The notes: generated from the letters alone by a model not told the origin. Counted from the stretch's first letter, positions 24,705-38,186 are shown. The stretch is 64,000 nucleotides of DNA from Octopus sinensis (GCF_006345805.1 NC_043024.1:8556001-8620000); one strand, 5' to 3'. Translations and numbers: made by a program.

Positions 24705-25440
24705 TTCTCATTGCTGTATGTTTTAGTTGCTTGCTTGACAATGAACACATTTATGCTTAGTTCACGGCATTGAGGTCACTTAAAGCATGTATCAACCGCT
24801 TGCTCAATAAGCCCTTTGCTGAGTTCACAAGAGCAATAGGGCTCCAAGCATGTATTTATTACTATGGTATAGCCAAACGTGTCTCAATTGCTTGCACTTG
24901 CAGTACTGTGTTGATTTGAACCTTGTATCACTTGCTTGTTTGAACACAGTTAGTTCACCTCACCAACGTCGTTCACTGCTTGTGACAGTTGCTTGACTAA
25001 TGAGCATGTTAATTACAGCATGTATCAATTGCTTGTTTGACGAACACATTATTAAAATCCACTGCACTGATGCGAATTGAAAGCACATATCAGTTTCTTG
25101 TCTGACAAAAATGTATTACTGAAATTCACTGTTGATATAAACCAAAGCATGTATCAGTCACTTGTTTGACAAACATTACTGAAATTTGCTGTGCTGATCT
25201 GAATTCAAAGCACTTGTTTGACAATTGCTTGTTTGACAAACACGTAACCGAAGTACACAGCACTGATTTTATTCAAACCATGTGTCAATTGCTTGTTTGA
25301 CAAACACTGAAGTTTGTCACTTCACGGGTTTTTAATTCAAACCATGTCAATTGCTTGTTTGACAAACACTCTTACTGAAAATTCACCATTTTGAACTGAT
25401 TCAAATCCTGCATCAATTGCCTGTTTGACAAACATTTCTG
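24705..25440. repeat. Diverged ~64-bp tandem array with conserved core TCAATTGCT-TGTTTG-A-CAAACA
   Basis: Cores start near 25025, 25090, 25154, 25221, 25285, 25347 and 25413; more decayed units lie upstream. Confidence 0.85.
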
Positions 25441-25859
25441 GTGTTCACTTCTCAATTTAAATTGTTTTTTCTCTCTCTCTCAAATTAGGTTTACGTATCC
25501 GTCTGGTTTTATCTCAGCTTTTAGCATTCACCATTGGGGAGAAAAAAAACTCATCAGTCACATGGTCTCCACCTGATCAGAGTTGCTCAACCAATGACTA
25601 ACCTAGTTATATATCTCATCTCATTTCAGTTGCTTCCATGTGATTTATCCATGAAAATACGAATAATTTGTGTAAATGAGTCGCTAAAATATTTCATTTT
25701 TATTCATGATAAGATTCAAATTTTTCAGATTACTAACCCTCATCTTTAAAGATTTGTTTCATTCTTTAAGTAATTTCACTCATTGGACTCTGACCATGCT
25801 GGGGCATCACATTCTAGAGCAGCGCCATCTACTTCACTCCTAGTGCTTATTTTTTTTTA

Positions 25860-26090
25860 CCCTACTTACTTCAGCCCTTAGCTGCCTGTGGAGTAGAGCC
25901 TATCGACAAATTTTCTTTACTGTTCTTGACTCTGGGTCGTCTTTTCTGCAGTTGAATCTCTGCTTTTTCAGCTCTGCCTCGGTATCTCATCTCCGGCAAT
26001 TTTTAGGGCATCCACTCTTCTGCTTCCCTTGTGGGTTCCAAATCAGGGCCTGCAGGTGGTTAGATTCCTTAAAGTGTGGCCTAACCATTC
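25860..26090 (-). mobile_element. RTE LINE 3' end
   Basis: Minus strand HLQALIWNPQGKQKSGCPKNCRR, compared with RTE [23 protein letters not shown]. Confidence 0.7.
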
Positions 26091-26110
26091 CCACTTTCAG
26101 ATTTTTCTGA

Positions 26111-26515
26111 ACTCTTACTCTTTTACTTGTTTCAATCAGTTGACTGCGGCCATGCTGGAGCACCGCCTTTAGTCGAGCAACTCGACCCCGGGACTTATTC
26201 TTTGTAAGCCTAGTACTTATTCTATCGGTCTCTTTTGCCGAACCGCTAAGTGACGGGGACATAAACACACCAGCATCGGTTGTCAAGCAATGCTAGGGGG
26301 ACAAACACAGACACACAAACAAACACACATACATATATATATATACATATATACGACAGGCTTCTTTCAGTTTCCATCTACCAAATCCACTCAAGTCTTT
26401 TGGTCGGCCCGAGGCTATAGTAGAAGACACTTGCCCAAGGTGTCATGCAGTGGGACTGAACCCGGAACCATGTGGCTGGTAAGCAAGCTACTTACCACAC
26501 AGCCACTCCTGCGCC
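26111..26515 (-). mobile_element. SINE family A, full-length, little diverged
   Basis: Reverse complement of the family consensus; abuts an RTE remnant. Confidence 0.85.
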
Positions 26516-27421
26516 TGTGTCAGGTTCTCTTAAGGGATGGCCTTCTTCACCCAGGTCTTGTTGGTTTTAGAATTGTTGACCCTACTCTAGCTTTTCTCAT
26601 TTCTAGGGAGGGTTGTTGGCTCTACACAAACCTATTTTTACCTCTGGGAAGAGATGGTCCATATTAGTGTGGCCCCAATCCTTTGATCTGTTCAGTATGC
26701 AAAGCTCTACCGGGGACTTGCACTCTGCTGGAATAACTCTCAGGGTCATTGAAGCGTACAAGCTACCACACTGCAATGAGGATGCTGGACCTTGTGTTGG
26801 ACTCTTTAAATCCCAAGAGGATGGAAAGCAAAGTGGATAAGAGTAGGATTTGAGCTGAGACTGCAAAATAATTTAAAACATCCAATGACACTCAGCATAT
26901 TATCTGGTGATCTACCAATCCTGGTATTTGTTAGCCATATTGTTTTTTTAATATTCCCTTCTGTACCGTGTTCCAATCATTTTGGTCTGATCATCATCAT
27001 CAATTGTCTTATTCCTGTGTACTTAGTTCTAAGCTGGATTTGATCTATGAACTTAGTCCATACGTAAGTGGCCCTCATGTAGCCCAAACTTAAATTGGCG
27101 CGAAACCTTTACATGATTTTCCTCCAGATCACAGAACCCATACTTATATTCCACAGACAACCTCATCCCTTACCCCTTCTCATTTTAATGAGACTCTTAC
27201 TCTCTCTCTTTTACTCTTTTACTTGTTTCAGTCATTTGACTGTGGCCATGCTGGAGCACCGCCTTTAGTCAAGCAACTCGACCCTGGGACTTATTCTTTG
27301 TAAGCCCAATACTTATTCTATTGGTCTCTTTTGCCAAACCACTAAGTGACAGGTACATAAACACACCAGCATCGGTTGTCAAGCAATGCTAGGGGGACAA
27401 ACACAGACACACAAACATACA

Positions 27422-27453
<32 letters not shown>

Positions 27454-27918
27454 CATACATACATATATACGACGGGCTTCTTTCAGTTTCCGTCTACCAA
27501 ATCCACTCACGAGGCTTTGGTCGGCCCGGGGCTATAGCAGGAGACACTTGCCCAAGGTGCCACGCAGTGAGACTGAACCCAGAACCATGTGGTTGGTAAA
27601 CAAGCTACTTACCACACAGCCACATGAAACAAAAATTATTGTGGACATTAAAATGATGATAATGATTATGGATATGGCATATGTGATGATGTGTGTAGAC
27701 ATGGTTGGTTGGTTAATGGGGTTCACTTCTTAACAATTTCATTGTTTTCATTTCAATCCATGTATGCAGAACCATAGGCAAGCATCATCCCCAAAGCGTC
27801 AAGTTAACCGATGCCTCATCAATAAAATTTGGTGCATGGAAACTGTGCTGAAATTTCATCACATGTGTACGTGTTTTTGTTTATTGGCAAAGTACATGGT
27901 TGGAAAATTTGGTGCATC

Positions 27919-28258
27919 AAACAAAAGTACCTTTTGTTGTCTCTTCTAAGTTATGTATCTTAGTTGGGACTTAACCATTCAGCAAATAGCAATCAATAAA
28001 ATAAGTACCGAAGTATGGGACTCGATCATCTAAAATCCCCTAAAATGGGTCAAAAAACCCCTAACATGGCTGTTGTCCAATGACTGAAACAAAAGTACCT
28101 TTTGTTGTCTCTTCCAAGTTATGTATCTTAGTTGGGACTTAACCATTCAGCAAATAGCAATCAATAAATAAGTACCAAAGTATGAGAATCGATCATCTAA
28201 AATCCCCTAAACTGGGTCAAAAAAATCCCCTAACATGGCTGTTGTCCAATGACTGAAA
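27919..28258. repeat. Tandem duplication, 168-bp period, 2 copies
   Basis: aaacaaaagtacctttt..gttgtccaatgactgaaa starts at 27919 and again at 28087. Confidence 0.9.
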
Positions 28259-28339
28259 TTACCAAAAGAATAAATATGTGTTTCTGTAGGGTACCCTTTA
28301 ATATTTGTGTTCTTTATTTTATTTCATTTGATTTTCTAG

Positions 28340-28408
28340 CCGGAGAATCAGCATTTACCACTGACGCAGCTTTTGCTGCTGCATTCCCTAATTCCTCAGT
28401 ATCAACAG
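28340..28408 (+). CDS. PICALM: Exon, 69 nt, phase 1-1: AGESAFTTDAAFAAAFPNSSVST
   Basis: Acceptor atttgattttctag|CC, donor ACAG|gtaaat. In frame with the previous exon. The F/A/D-rich peptide is typical of AP180 tails. Confidence 0.75.
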
Positions 28409-28919
28409 GTAAATATTCACTAACCATTCCACCTGTAATAATTAACTACACTAACATTTCATATAATTTTTACTGGACAGGGTGGCAGTGGACTGACCAG
28501 TCAGTAGAACATCGGACAAAATCGCCTTCTCCCTACCATTCAGTTGTTATCTTTCCTAACGTTTTTGCATTCAGATCCTTCTGAAGACCGTATTTTTCAA
28601 TGTGGATGGAAGAGGGGAGATGGCTTAGTTGCCAACCACCCAAACATATTGTTCAATGCTAAAAATGTATAGCTTAACAGCAAATTCTTTCAAGCTTAAT
28701 ATAACCAGCACAAATACACCTTTTGCTCTAGCCAGGAAATCTGATCCAACTTTGTCCAAATATATTTGGAATTTGAAATGCAGAAATTGAAATTTACCTG
28801 GCATTCTGTTATTAAATCTGCCCTTACATTCTACAGTCAAAACCTCTTGACTATATTATCCACTATGAATACAAGAGGGGAAACAAATTAGTTGCCAACC
28901 ATACAATCATATTGTTTAA

Positions 28920-29090
28920 CCCCTTACCCAACAATTATTTTGAAAATAAATGTTTTTTTTCAGACATATTTTTTAATTGTTTTATTTTACTATGTTTTGG
29001 CGAGTCTATCTTTTGACGAGTTAACTCGCCAGAGATAGAAAAAAACGATTTCGGTCAAAACGAATATATTCGTTTCTGCCGGGTAAGGGG
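28920..29090. mobile_element. piggyBac-type MITE
   Basis: Perfect 10-bp TIRs CCCCTTACCC/GGGTAAGGGG with TTAA on both sides. The empty site is preserved in the paralogous copy at 28625-28797. Confidence 0.8.
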
Positions 29091-29796
29091 TTAATGTTAA
29101 ACATTTATTGCTTAACAGCAAACCCTTTCAAACTGCATTATAACAAACACAAGCATACATTTTGCCCTAGTCACAAAATTTGATACAACTTTGTCCAAAT
29201 ATATTTGGAATTTGAAATCCAGAAATTGAAATTTACAAATAAGATGGGTAAATTTGTAAGTTGGTAAGAGCCTACAACCAATAGAGAGATATTTGTCAGC
29301 TTTGCTTATTTCAGTAACAAGCCATTCTGTTCTGTCATAAAAACCTCCTCAATCATAAAATAAAATTAATCCCATTTTGCCAGTATGTCCCAGTTCATTT
29401 TCAGAAATTTAAAACTGAACGGGTTAGTGTAGCAATTTTTCTAATGGATAAACAATAGCCACTTCTTTTGCTTTTTCCAGCATCCATGCAGCGGCTACAA
29501 ATAATTGTTTTAAATTTCAATTTTTCCATTAATTATTTATCTGCTTTTATAATAATAATAATAATAATAATTTGGAATATGGTCTTTTTTTATTATTGTG
29601 GTATCTTTGTTGAGTTTTGAATAGGTGTTAGCATGTATGAATGTGTATAAACAAGTGTGTTTGTGTATACGCACATACAAACTTTTGTCTGTATAGAGAC
29701 GTGTGTGAATGTAGAGAAACATATGTACATATAGATATGTATGCACATATGTATGTGTATATATGTATGTGTATATATGTATGTATATATATATTG

Positions 29797-29835
<39 letters not shown>

Positions 29836-29949
29836 ATATATATATGTCTATATATATAGGTCTATATATGTATGTATATATATATATGTCTATATATATA
29901 TGTCTATGTATATATATATATGTATATATATATATCTCTTTTACTCTTG

Positions 29950-29982
<33 letters not shown>

Positions 29983-30564
29983 GTATATATATATGTATAT
30001 ATATATATACATGTATGTATATATGTATATATATATATATATATTATATATATATATGTATATATATATATGTTATATATATATATGTATATGTATATAT
30101 ATAGGTAAAACTTACTTGGAAATGGATGCATGGCATTTGATCATATAATAATATAAATAATAATAATATGCATATATACATGCATATATATATGTACATA
30201 CCTACATATATATGTATATATACATGCATATATGGGTACAGGACGTCAAAAAAGCATGAACAAAATGAAAAACGAGAACATACAAAAACAAAAACAGAAA
30301 ACAAACTTTTTTTTCAAACAACAAAAGAAACAAATAGAGAAATGAGACAGGGGACATAAAGAATAATCCCTTCATCAGTTGTCCCCTGTTTTATCTATTC
30401 CGCATTTCGAACAATGTTGCCTGTCTCATATCTCTATTTGTTTCTTTCGAAAACAAAGTTCGCTTTCCATGTTTTTGTTTTCTTAAGTTCTTGTTTTTTC
30501 ATTTTGTTCACGTTTTTTTTTATGTCCTGTACCCATATATGCACGTATATATATACATATATGT

Positions 30565-30862
30565 GGAGGCGCAATGGCCCAGTGGTTAGGGCAGCGGACT
30601 CGCAGTATGTAGGATCGCGGTTTCGATTCCCAGACCGGGCGTTGTGAGTGTTTATTGAGCGAAAATACCTAAAAGCTCCACAAGACTCCAGCAGGGGGTA
30701 GTGATCCCTGCTGTACTATTTCGCCATAGCTTTCTCCTACTCTTCCTTCTGTTCGCCTGCTCGCTTAGCCAGCGGGGTGGCGTCATCTGAAGGCTAAAAC
30801 AATGCGAACGCATTGTGACCAGTGATGTGTAACAACATCTGATGGCCTGGTCGGTCATGTGA
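30565..30862 (+). mobile_element. tRNA-derived SINE family C
   Basis: GGAGGCGCAATGGCCCAGTGGTTAGGG..GGTTTCGATTCCC head. Other copies at 9488-9783 (-) and 43043-43330 (-). Confidence 0.8.
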
Positions 30863-30990
30863 TATATACATATATATGTAGGTATGTACATATATGTATG
30901 TATATATGCATATATATATATATTTGAAAATATATATATATATATATATATTATTTATATTATTGTATATATATATATATATATATATAT

Positions 30991-33900
30991 ACAGCAGAAA
31001 TTGTCAGACACATAGATGTTATACAGGATGCAGTTACGACCAGGCACTAAGCAAAACTTAAGTGCTACTTTTCCTTATATAATAATCATTTGTAAGGTGG
31101 CGAGCTGGCAGAAACGTTAGTACGCTGGGCAAAATGCTTAACGGTATTTTGTCTGTCTTTACGTTCTGAGTTCAAATTCCACCGAGGTCAGCTTTGCCTG
31201 TCATCCTTTCGAGGTCAATAAATTAAATACCAGTTGTGTACTGGGATCGACTGGCCCCCCTCCCCCAAAATTTCAGGCCTTGTGCCTAGATTAGAAAAGA
31301 ATGATCGTGTGTCTGTTTATATATGTATAAATATAAATCAATGTACATGTGTATGTTGAGTGTTGTTTACAAGCGTGTGTTTATGTGTAAATATATATAC
31401 ATATAAATGAATGCATTCATATATACAATAGGCATTAATGTATATGTATGTATATATCTATGTTCATGTATGCATGTGTGTGTATGCATCTGTGTATATA
31501 TATATGTGAGTGTATATATTCGTTTTTTTTTTATTCTATGTATGAGTTGTATTTCTCTTGGCAAGTGACTTCATCCGAAACCTGCATCATCGAAAATGAA
31601 GCCATCACATCCTGGAAGAGCTGTTCTCCTTACAAAATTTCCCAAAAAAACAAATAGCCAAAAAAAAAAAAAGGAAATCAAAACCAAACCTGTTAAATTC
31701 CATTTTCCACCTAATTCTCGATGTGGTAAAAATTTTCCTCCCCTCCCCAATCTGTGACCTGGTGGAACTGCATGTGTAAGTAGAGGCCACAGTGATTTAC
31801 GGAAATATTCAACACATCGGAAAAAAGTAGAAAGTGAATTTAGCAGGTTTCCTTTTTTTATTAATGTTTCTGTAATTTATATATACCAGACCGGATTTCA
31901 TTTTATCTTTATGTCTCAAACTCAAGATAATTAAAGCTCTTAAATGTTTGTCAAGAATGGCTCTTCATCGATGAAAAAAACTCTAATTTTACATTTATTT
32001 ATAACATAAATACCTTACAGTTTGATAAGGGTGCAAAAAAAACAACAAAAAAATGCTATTAGATATCCTTTTTAATTCCAAAATTGTTATATTAATTGAC
32101 CTGTTGTTAACACTGTTATCACTAATTTTGTGAAATAATTTTGTGAAACATTTTAATTAAACAATGTCTTAGAAATTTGCTTTGGAAATTTACTTACCAA
32201 ATTTGATGGCATAGAATATGCACTTTTTCCCCATCCGCAATGAAAAGTCTCAAAAAATCACCCTGAGTATATATATGAAATTGGGTTTCATAGATGGGTT
32301 TTTTTCCTGAATAAAAGATACCTGAACTTGGGTTACTTCTCATATCCCTGTGTGTCTTTTATGCCACCTGCGTGCATGTGTGTGTGTGTGTGTATAGAAA
32401 CATGGTCACAAGAGACAGTTGGAGTCTGGACAGCTACCTGCTGACCAGCTTCATATCAAAACGTCCAATCTATGCCCACATGAAAACTGGATATTAAATG
32501 ATGATGATGATATATATATATATATTATATATATATATATATATTATATATGTATATATATAAATTAAATTAGAGATAAAACCACTATTAGGCGAATCAA
32601 ACAGTGAAAAAATAAACCAAAACGTAGAAATAAAATTAATTAATACAATATACAAAACATATATAAAATATAAAATTTAGATTATTTAAATTTAAAATTA
32701 TTGATTTATAATTATAAATTCTTATATTTTTAAAAATATTTTAAAAATTTAAATTAATAAATTAAAAAATTTTTAAACTTTTAAACTTTAAAAAAAAATT
32801 TTAATATATATAACTGTCAAAAAGTATTAAAAAGTTTAAATAAGATAATAAGTATATATATATATATATATATATATACAGCATAAATTGTCAGACACAT
32901 AGATGTTATACAGGATGCAGTTACGACCAGGCACTAAGCAAAACTTAAGTGCTACTTTTCCTTATATAATAATCATTTGTAAGGTGGCGAGCTGGCAGAA
33001 ACGTTAGTACGCTGGGCAAAATGCTTAACGGTATTTTGTCTGTCTTTACGTTCTGAGTTCAAATTCCACCGAGGTCAGCTTTGCCTGTCTCCTTTCGAGG
33101 TCAATAATTAAATACCAGTTGTGTACTGGGATCGACTGGCCCCCCTCCCCCAAAATTTCAGGCCTTGTGCCTAGATTAGAAAAGAATGATCGTGTGTCTG
33201 TTTATATATGTATAAATATAAATCAATGTACATGTGTATGTTGAGTGTTGTTTACAAGCGTGTGTTTATGTGTAAATATATACATATAAATGAATGCATT
33301 CATATTACAATAGGCATTAATGTATATGTATGTATATATCTATGTTCATGTATGCATGTGTTGTATGCATCTGTGTATATATATATGTGAGTGTATATAT
33401 TCGTTTTTTTTTTATTCTATGTATGAGTTGTATTTCTCTGGCAAGTGACTTCATCCGAAACCTGCATCATCGAAAATGAAGCCATCATCTCCTTACAAAA
33501 TTTCCCAAAAAAACAAATAGCCAAAAAAAAAAAAAGAAATCAAAACCAACCTGTTAAATTCCATTTTCCACCTAATTCTCGATGTGGTAAAAATTTTCCT
33601 CCCCTCCCCAATCTGTGACCTGTGGAACTGCATGTGTAAGTAGAGGCCACAGTGATTTACGGAAATATTCAACACATCGGAAAAAAGTAGAAAGTGAATT
33701 TAGCAGGTTTCCTTTTTTTATTAATGTTTCTGTAATTTATATATACCAGACCGGATTTCATTTTATCTTTATGTCTCAAACTCAAGATAATTAAAGCTCT
33801 TAAATGTTTGTCAAGAATGGCTCTTCATCGATGAAAAAAACTCTAATTTTACATTTATTTATAACATAAATACCTTTACAGTTTGATAAGGGTGCAAAAA

Positions 33901-34698
33901 AACAACAAAAAAAATGCTATTAGATATCCTTTTTAATTCCAAAATTGTTATATTAATTGACCTGTTTGTTAACACTGTTATCACTAATTTTGTGAAATAA
34001 TTTTGTGAAACATTTTAATTAAACAATGTCTTAGAAATTTGCTTTGGAAATTTACTTACCAAATTTGATGGCATAGAATATGCACTTTTTCCCCATCCGC
34101 AATGAAAAGTCTCAAAAAAATCACCCTGAGTATATATATGAAATTGGGTTTCATAGATGGGTTTTTTTCCTGAATAAAAGATACCTGAACTTGGGTTACT
34201 TCTCATATCCCTGTGTGTCTTTTATGCCACCTGCGTGCATGTGTGTGTGTGTGTGTATAGAAACATGGTCACAAGAGACAGTTGGAGTCTGGACAGCTAC
34301 CTGCTGACCAGCTTCATATCAAAACGTCCAATCTATGCCCACATGAAAACTGGATATTAAATGATGATGATGATATATATATATATTATATATGTATATA
34401 TATAAATTAAATTAGAGATAAAACCACTATTAGGCGAATCAAACAGTGAAAAACATAAACCAAAACGTAGAAATAAAATTAATTAATACAATATACAAAA
34501 AATATATAAAATATAAAATTTAGGTTATTTAAATTTAAAATTATTGATTTATAATTATAAATTCTTATATTTTTAAAAATATTTTAAAAATTTAAATTAA
34601 TAAATTAAAAAATTTTTAAACTTTTAAACTTTAAAAAAAAATTTTAATATATATAACTGTCAAAAAGTATTAAAAAGTTTAATATAAGATAATAAGTA
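30991..34698. repeat. Near-identical tandem duplication, ~1887-bp period, bounded by (TA)n
   Basis: Copy 1 30991-32853, copy 2 32878-34698. Differences are mostly 1-bp indels, a few substitutions and one 17-bp indel. Confidence 0.95.
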
Positions 34699-34741
34699 TA
34701 TATATATATATATACATACATACACACACATTCACGTACAT

Positions 34742-34773
<32 letters not shown>

Positions 34774-37558
34774 GTATACATACATACACACACATTTACA
34801 TACATATATCATCATCATCATCATTTAGCATCTGCTTTCCATGCTAGCATGGGTTGGACGGTTCAACTGGGGTCTGGGAAGCCAGAAGGCTGCACCAGGC
34901 CCAGTCTGATCTGGCAATGTTTCTACAGGTGGATGCCCTTCCTAACGCCAACCACTCCGTGAGTGTAGTGGGTGCTTTTTACGTGCCACCCGTGTATATA
35001 TAATGTATATATACACACACACACACACTCTTTTATATGTGTATTGTATTTGGTGGTGTATAAGACGCACATTTTTACCCGAAAACTCTCTAAAGAAAAT
35101 CACCTCCTTCCTACATGCAAAGCAGGGTTTACATAACAGACCTCTAAATACTCCCCATAAAACGTTTTTCTGTGCTCCAAAATATTTGCTGCTGAAACCG
35201 GGTGCCTGTAATATGCCATCAAAAAGGGTACTCATTTTACCCCCTGCTGTTTCTAAAATTGCTTTTCTCTTTTTTCTCTCTCTCTTTATTCTTATTCTTA
35301 TTGTTATTCCCCGTTTCTCTTGCTTTTGTACTTTGTATTTTCTTCTGACGTTGCTTTATAACCATGTTGCTTTTCGTTTTCGTACCAGGCTTTCATCTTT
35401 CTTAATTTAATATCTACACCATTAATCGCTTTGCTCTTCCTCTGGCCATTCCATTGAAACCAACTGTAAAACAGTCTTTAATCTTTTAACCTTTGTTTTG
35501 AAAACGAAACAGTACAAAATATACATCTACACACATATATAAAACAGTATATAATGTTGCTTTCTTTGTTGTTTCATGTTTGTACCATTATTATTGTTAT
35601 TGTTATCATTATTCATGTTAATATTGTTTATTATTATCGCTGTTATTACTCTTATTATCAGGGTGGTAGATTGGCAAAATGGTATGAGTATCAGACAAAA
35701 TGCCCACCATACTTGGGAGTGTTGTGACAATAGATATCTCAGGCGCCTCTTCCTTAGGGTCCTTTCAGAAGCTATCATTATTTGACATTCTTGCTACATT
35801 CTCAAGTGTGTCCAACTGAGACACGGCTCATTCTTGGCCTACCCATCGGTCTCCTACCAGTTACTCTTTTACTTGTTTCGGTCATTTGACTGCGGCCATG
35901 CTGGAGCACCGCCTTTAGTCGAGCAAATCGACCCCCAGGACTTATTCTTTGTAAGACTAGTACTTATTCTATCAGCCTCTTTTGCCGAACCGCTAAGTTA
36001 CGGGGACGTAAACACACCAGCATCGGTTGTCAAGCAATGTTGGGGGGACAAACACAGACACACAAACACACACACATATATATACATATATACGACGAGC
36101 TTCTTTCAGTTTCCGTCTACCAAATCCACTCACAAGGCTTTGGTCGGCCCGGGGCTATAGTAGAAGACACTTGCCCAAGGTGCCACGCAGTGGGACTGAA
36201 CCCAGAACCATGTGGTTGGTAAGAAAATATTCTGTTTTGTGCTCAGAGTAGCCTCTCACACCTACCCTACAATGTCATTCTAAAAATAAACAATCACGTC
36301 ATTGAAATCTTGAAGCTATGAGATAAAGCATGATTAATTAAAAACATATGGATAAATAAGCATTTGACAGGATAATCTGAATGCCAAAGGATTAAAGGAT
36401 GTGCTCCAGTATGGTTGTAGACCAATGACTGAAGTCAATAATCATCGTTTAGCATCCGCTTTCCATGCTGGCATGGGTTGGACGGTTCAACTGGGGTCTG
36501 GGAAGCCAGAAGGCTGCACCAGGTCCAGTCTGATCTGGCAATGTTTCTACAGGTGGATGCCCTTCCTAATGCCAACCACTCCATGAGCGTAGTGGGTGCT
36601 TTTTACATGCCACTGGCACAGGTGCCAGACGGGGCTGGCAAACGGCCACGATCAGATGGTGCTTTTTACATGCCAACGGCACGGAGGCCAGGCAAGCCTG
36701 ACATACAAAAAGGTAACTTTGTAAACAAAGAGGTAGGTGTTCAAACCTCATGGGAATGAAACAGCCAAGGAATTAAGGGTTGGTCTATTTAGCCGTTTGT
36801 TAATTAGTACATTGATTATTTTTATTATTATCTGTCCTCTACAAAAATATTAATCCTTATTAAATGTTTTACTCAACCTATTGGTTCTCTGTGAGACCAG
36901 CAATTCCTTAATTTTTTCTATATATCTGTAGGGGCTAAATTTGTTTAGACATGCAGGCTTACAAAAATAAGTCCTGGGGTTAATTTGTTTCACTGAAACA
37001 AGTAGAAGGTAAAAGAAGTACTTACAACATGGAAGCAAAGGTACTAACTAACTGGCACATAAATCTAGACTGTTGTTAAATTACCATTAAATTCTGTGTA
37101 TATCGGTGAATTGGTTGGGTCATTACAGCGCTTGATGGATTATTCCTGCAATATTTGTTCTGGCTCTGCATTCTGGGTTCAAATCCTGTTAAGGGAAAAA
37201 TGAAATCACTAATAGAATATATGATGAATGAGCAAAAGCAAGAAAAAACACAAGAGAGGCAAGTGTTAACAAATGTGTTATTAGTCTAATGCTGGTGACG
37301 AAAGGGTCCTTAAGGTTTCGGGCACTAGCTCTTGGTAAGAAAAATGAGAAAGGAAAAGTGGTGGAAGGGAGGGAAAAAGAAGGGGAAAAGGTTCAGGGGT
37401 TGGGTGGGAATGTGGCTCTTGCATGCTTAATATTTTGCTGTGTACAATTGTAGCTTTGGTTTAGAGAAACTTGTCTAAGGTGAAGAGAAAAAAAAAATGT
37501 CGAAAATGAAAGAAATGCGACTAATCTTGTCCTTCCTAACTTTTGTTGCATGTGCTAG

Positions 37559-37666
37559 CAGGGGTAATGGACATGATATCTCCTTCTAATGCTGCTACCA
37601 CTACTACTACTCCTTCTGCCTCTCTTGCTGCAATGGCACAGAGCACTTCACCAGCGCCACCTGCAG
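37559..37666 (+). CDS. PICALM: Exon, 108 nt (105 nt with the alternative NAGNAG acceptor), phase 1-1: AGVMDMISPSNAATTTTTPSASLAAMAQSTSPAPPA
   Basis: Branch-like cctaac, pyrimidine tract, ctag|cag acceptor and GCAG|gtactt donor. Open in the required phase. Confidence 0.75.
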
Positions 37667-38186
37667 GTACTTGACCTTAACTTTCTCTCTTTCTATTTCT
37701 TCTCTCTCTATCTTTGCACCGTTTTATGATTCATTTGTAAAGCTGGAAAAACCTCAACAAGAAAGCTTTTTATGATGTACTTGAGTTTTATTGGTTTTTT
37801 GTCCTACTGTAATGCCTGTATCTAACAATCACGGGTAGTTTAAAGCATGTTTAGCAGCATGTAACCCCCTAACTGAATGTTTTAGATTGTAAAATTCATG
37901 TGTATATATATATATTTTTTTTTTTTATAATTATGAGTATAATTATAATTAGGGTTCAGCAAAAAAAATTTGCTTCACCACATAGCGAACTTTAGAAATA
38001 GCAGCCAAAGAACTTAGCTATTTCTTCTACTATAAGAAGAAACTGAAAATGGTCCTTTTAACATGCCGAATACTACTTGGTGGAATTATTAATTAATTAA
38101 TTTTACTCTTTATTATTATTGATTTTATATATATATATATATATATTATTGATATATATATATATATATTATTGATTTTATATATA

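Noticed and set aside
24705-25440. CRISPR-like look (palindromic repeat with ~40-bp spacers)
   Set aside because: The linkers are homologous to each other, the context is a eukaryotic intron and there are no cas genes. It is a diverged minisatellite.
30565-30645. tRNA-like sequences (also at the heads of SINE families A, B and D)
   Set aside because: Pol III A/B boxes run into SINE bodies, multiple diverged copies exist, and no clean cloverleaf is evident.
31566-31657. Exon-like VTSSETCIIENEAITSWKSCSPYKISQKNK* in the duplicated block
   Set aside because: Ends in a stop, its second copy differs by a 17-bp deletion, and there is no independent support.
35807-35848. 42-nt phase-1 candidate exon VCPTETRLILGLPI
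   Set aside because: Poor donor (gtctcc), and the peptide composition is unlike the other tail exons.
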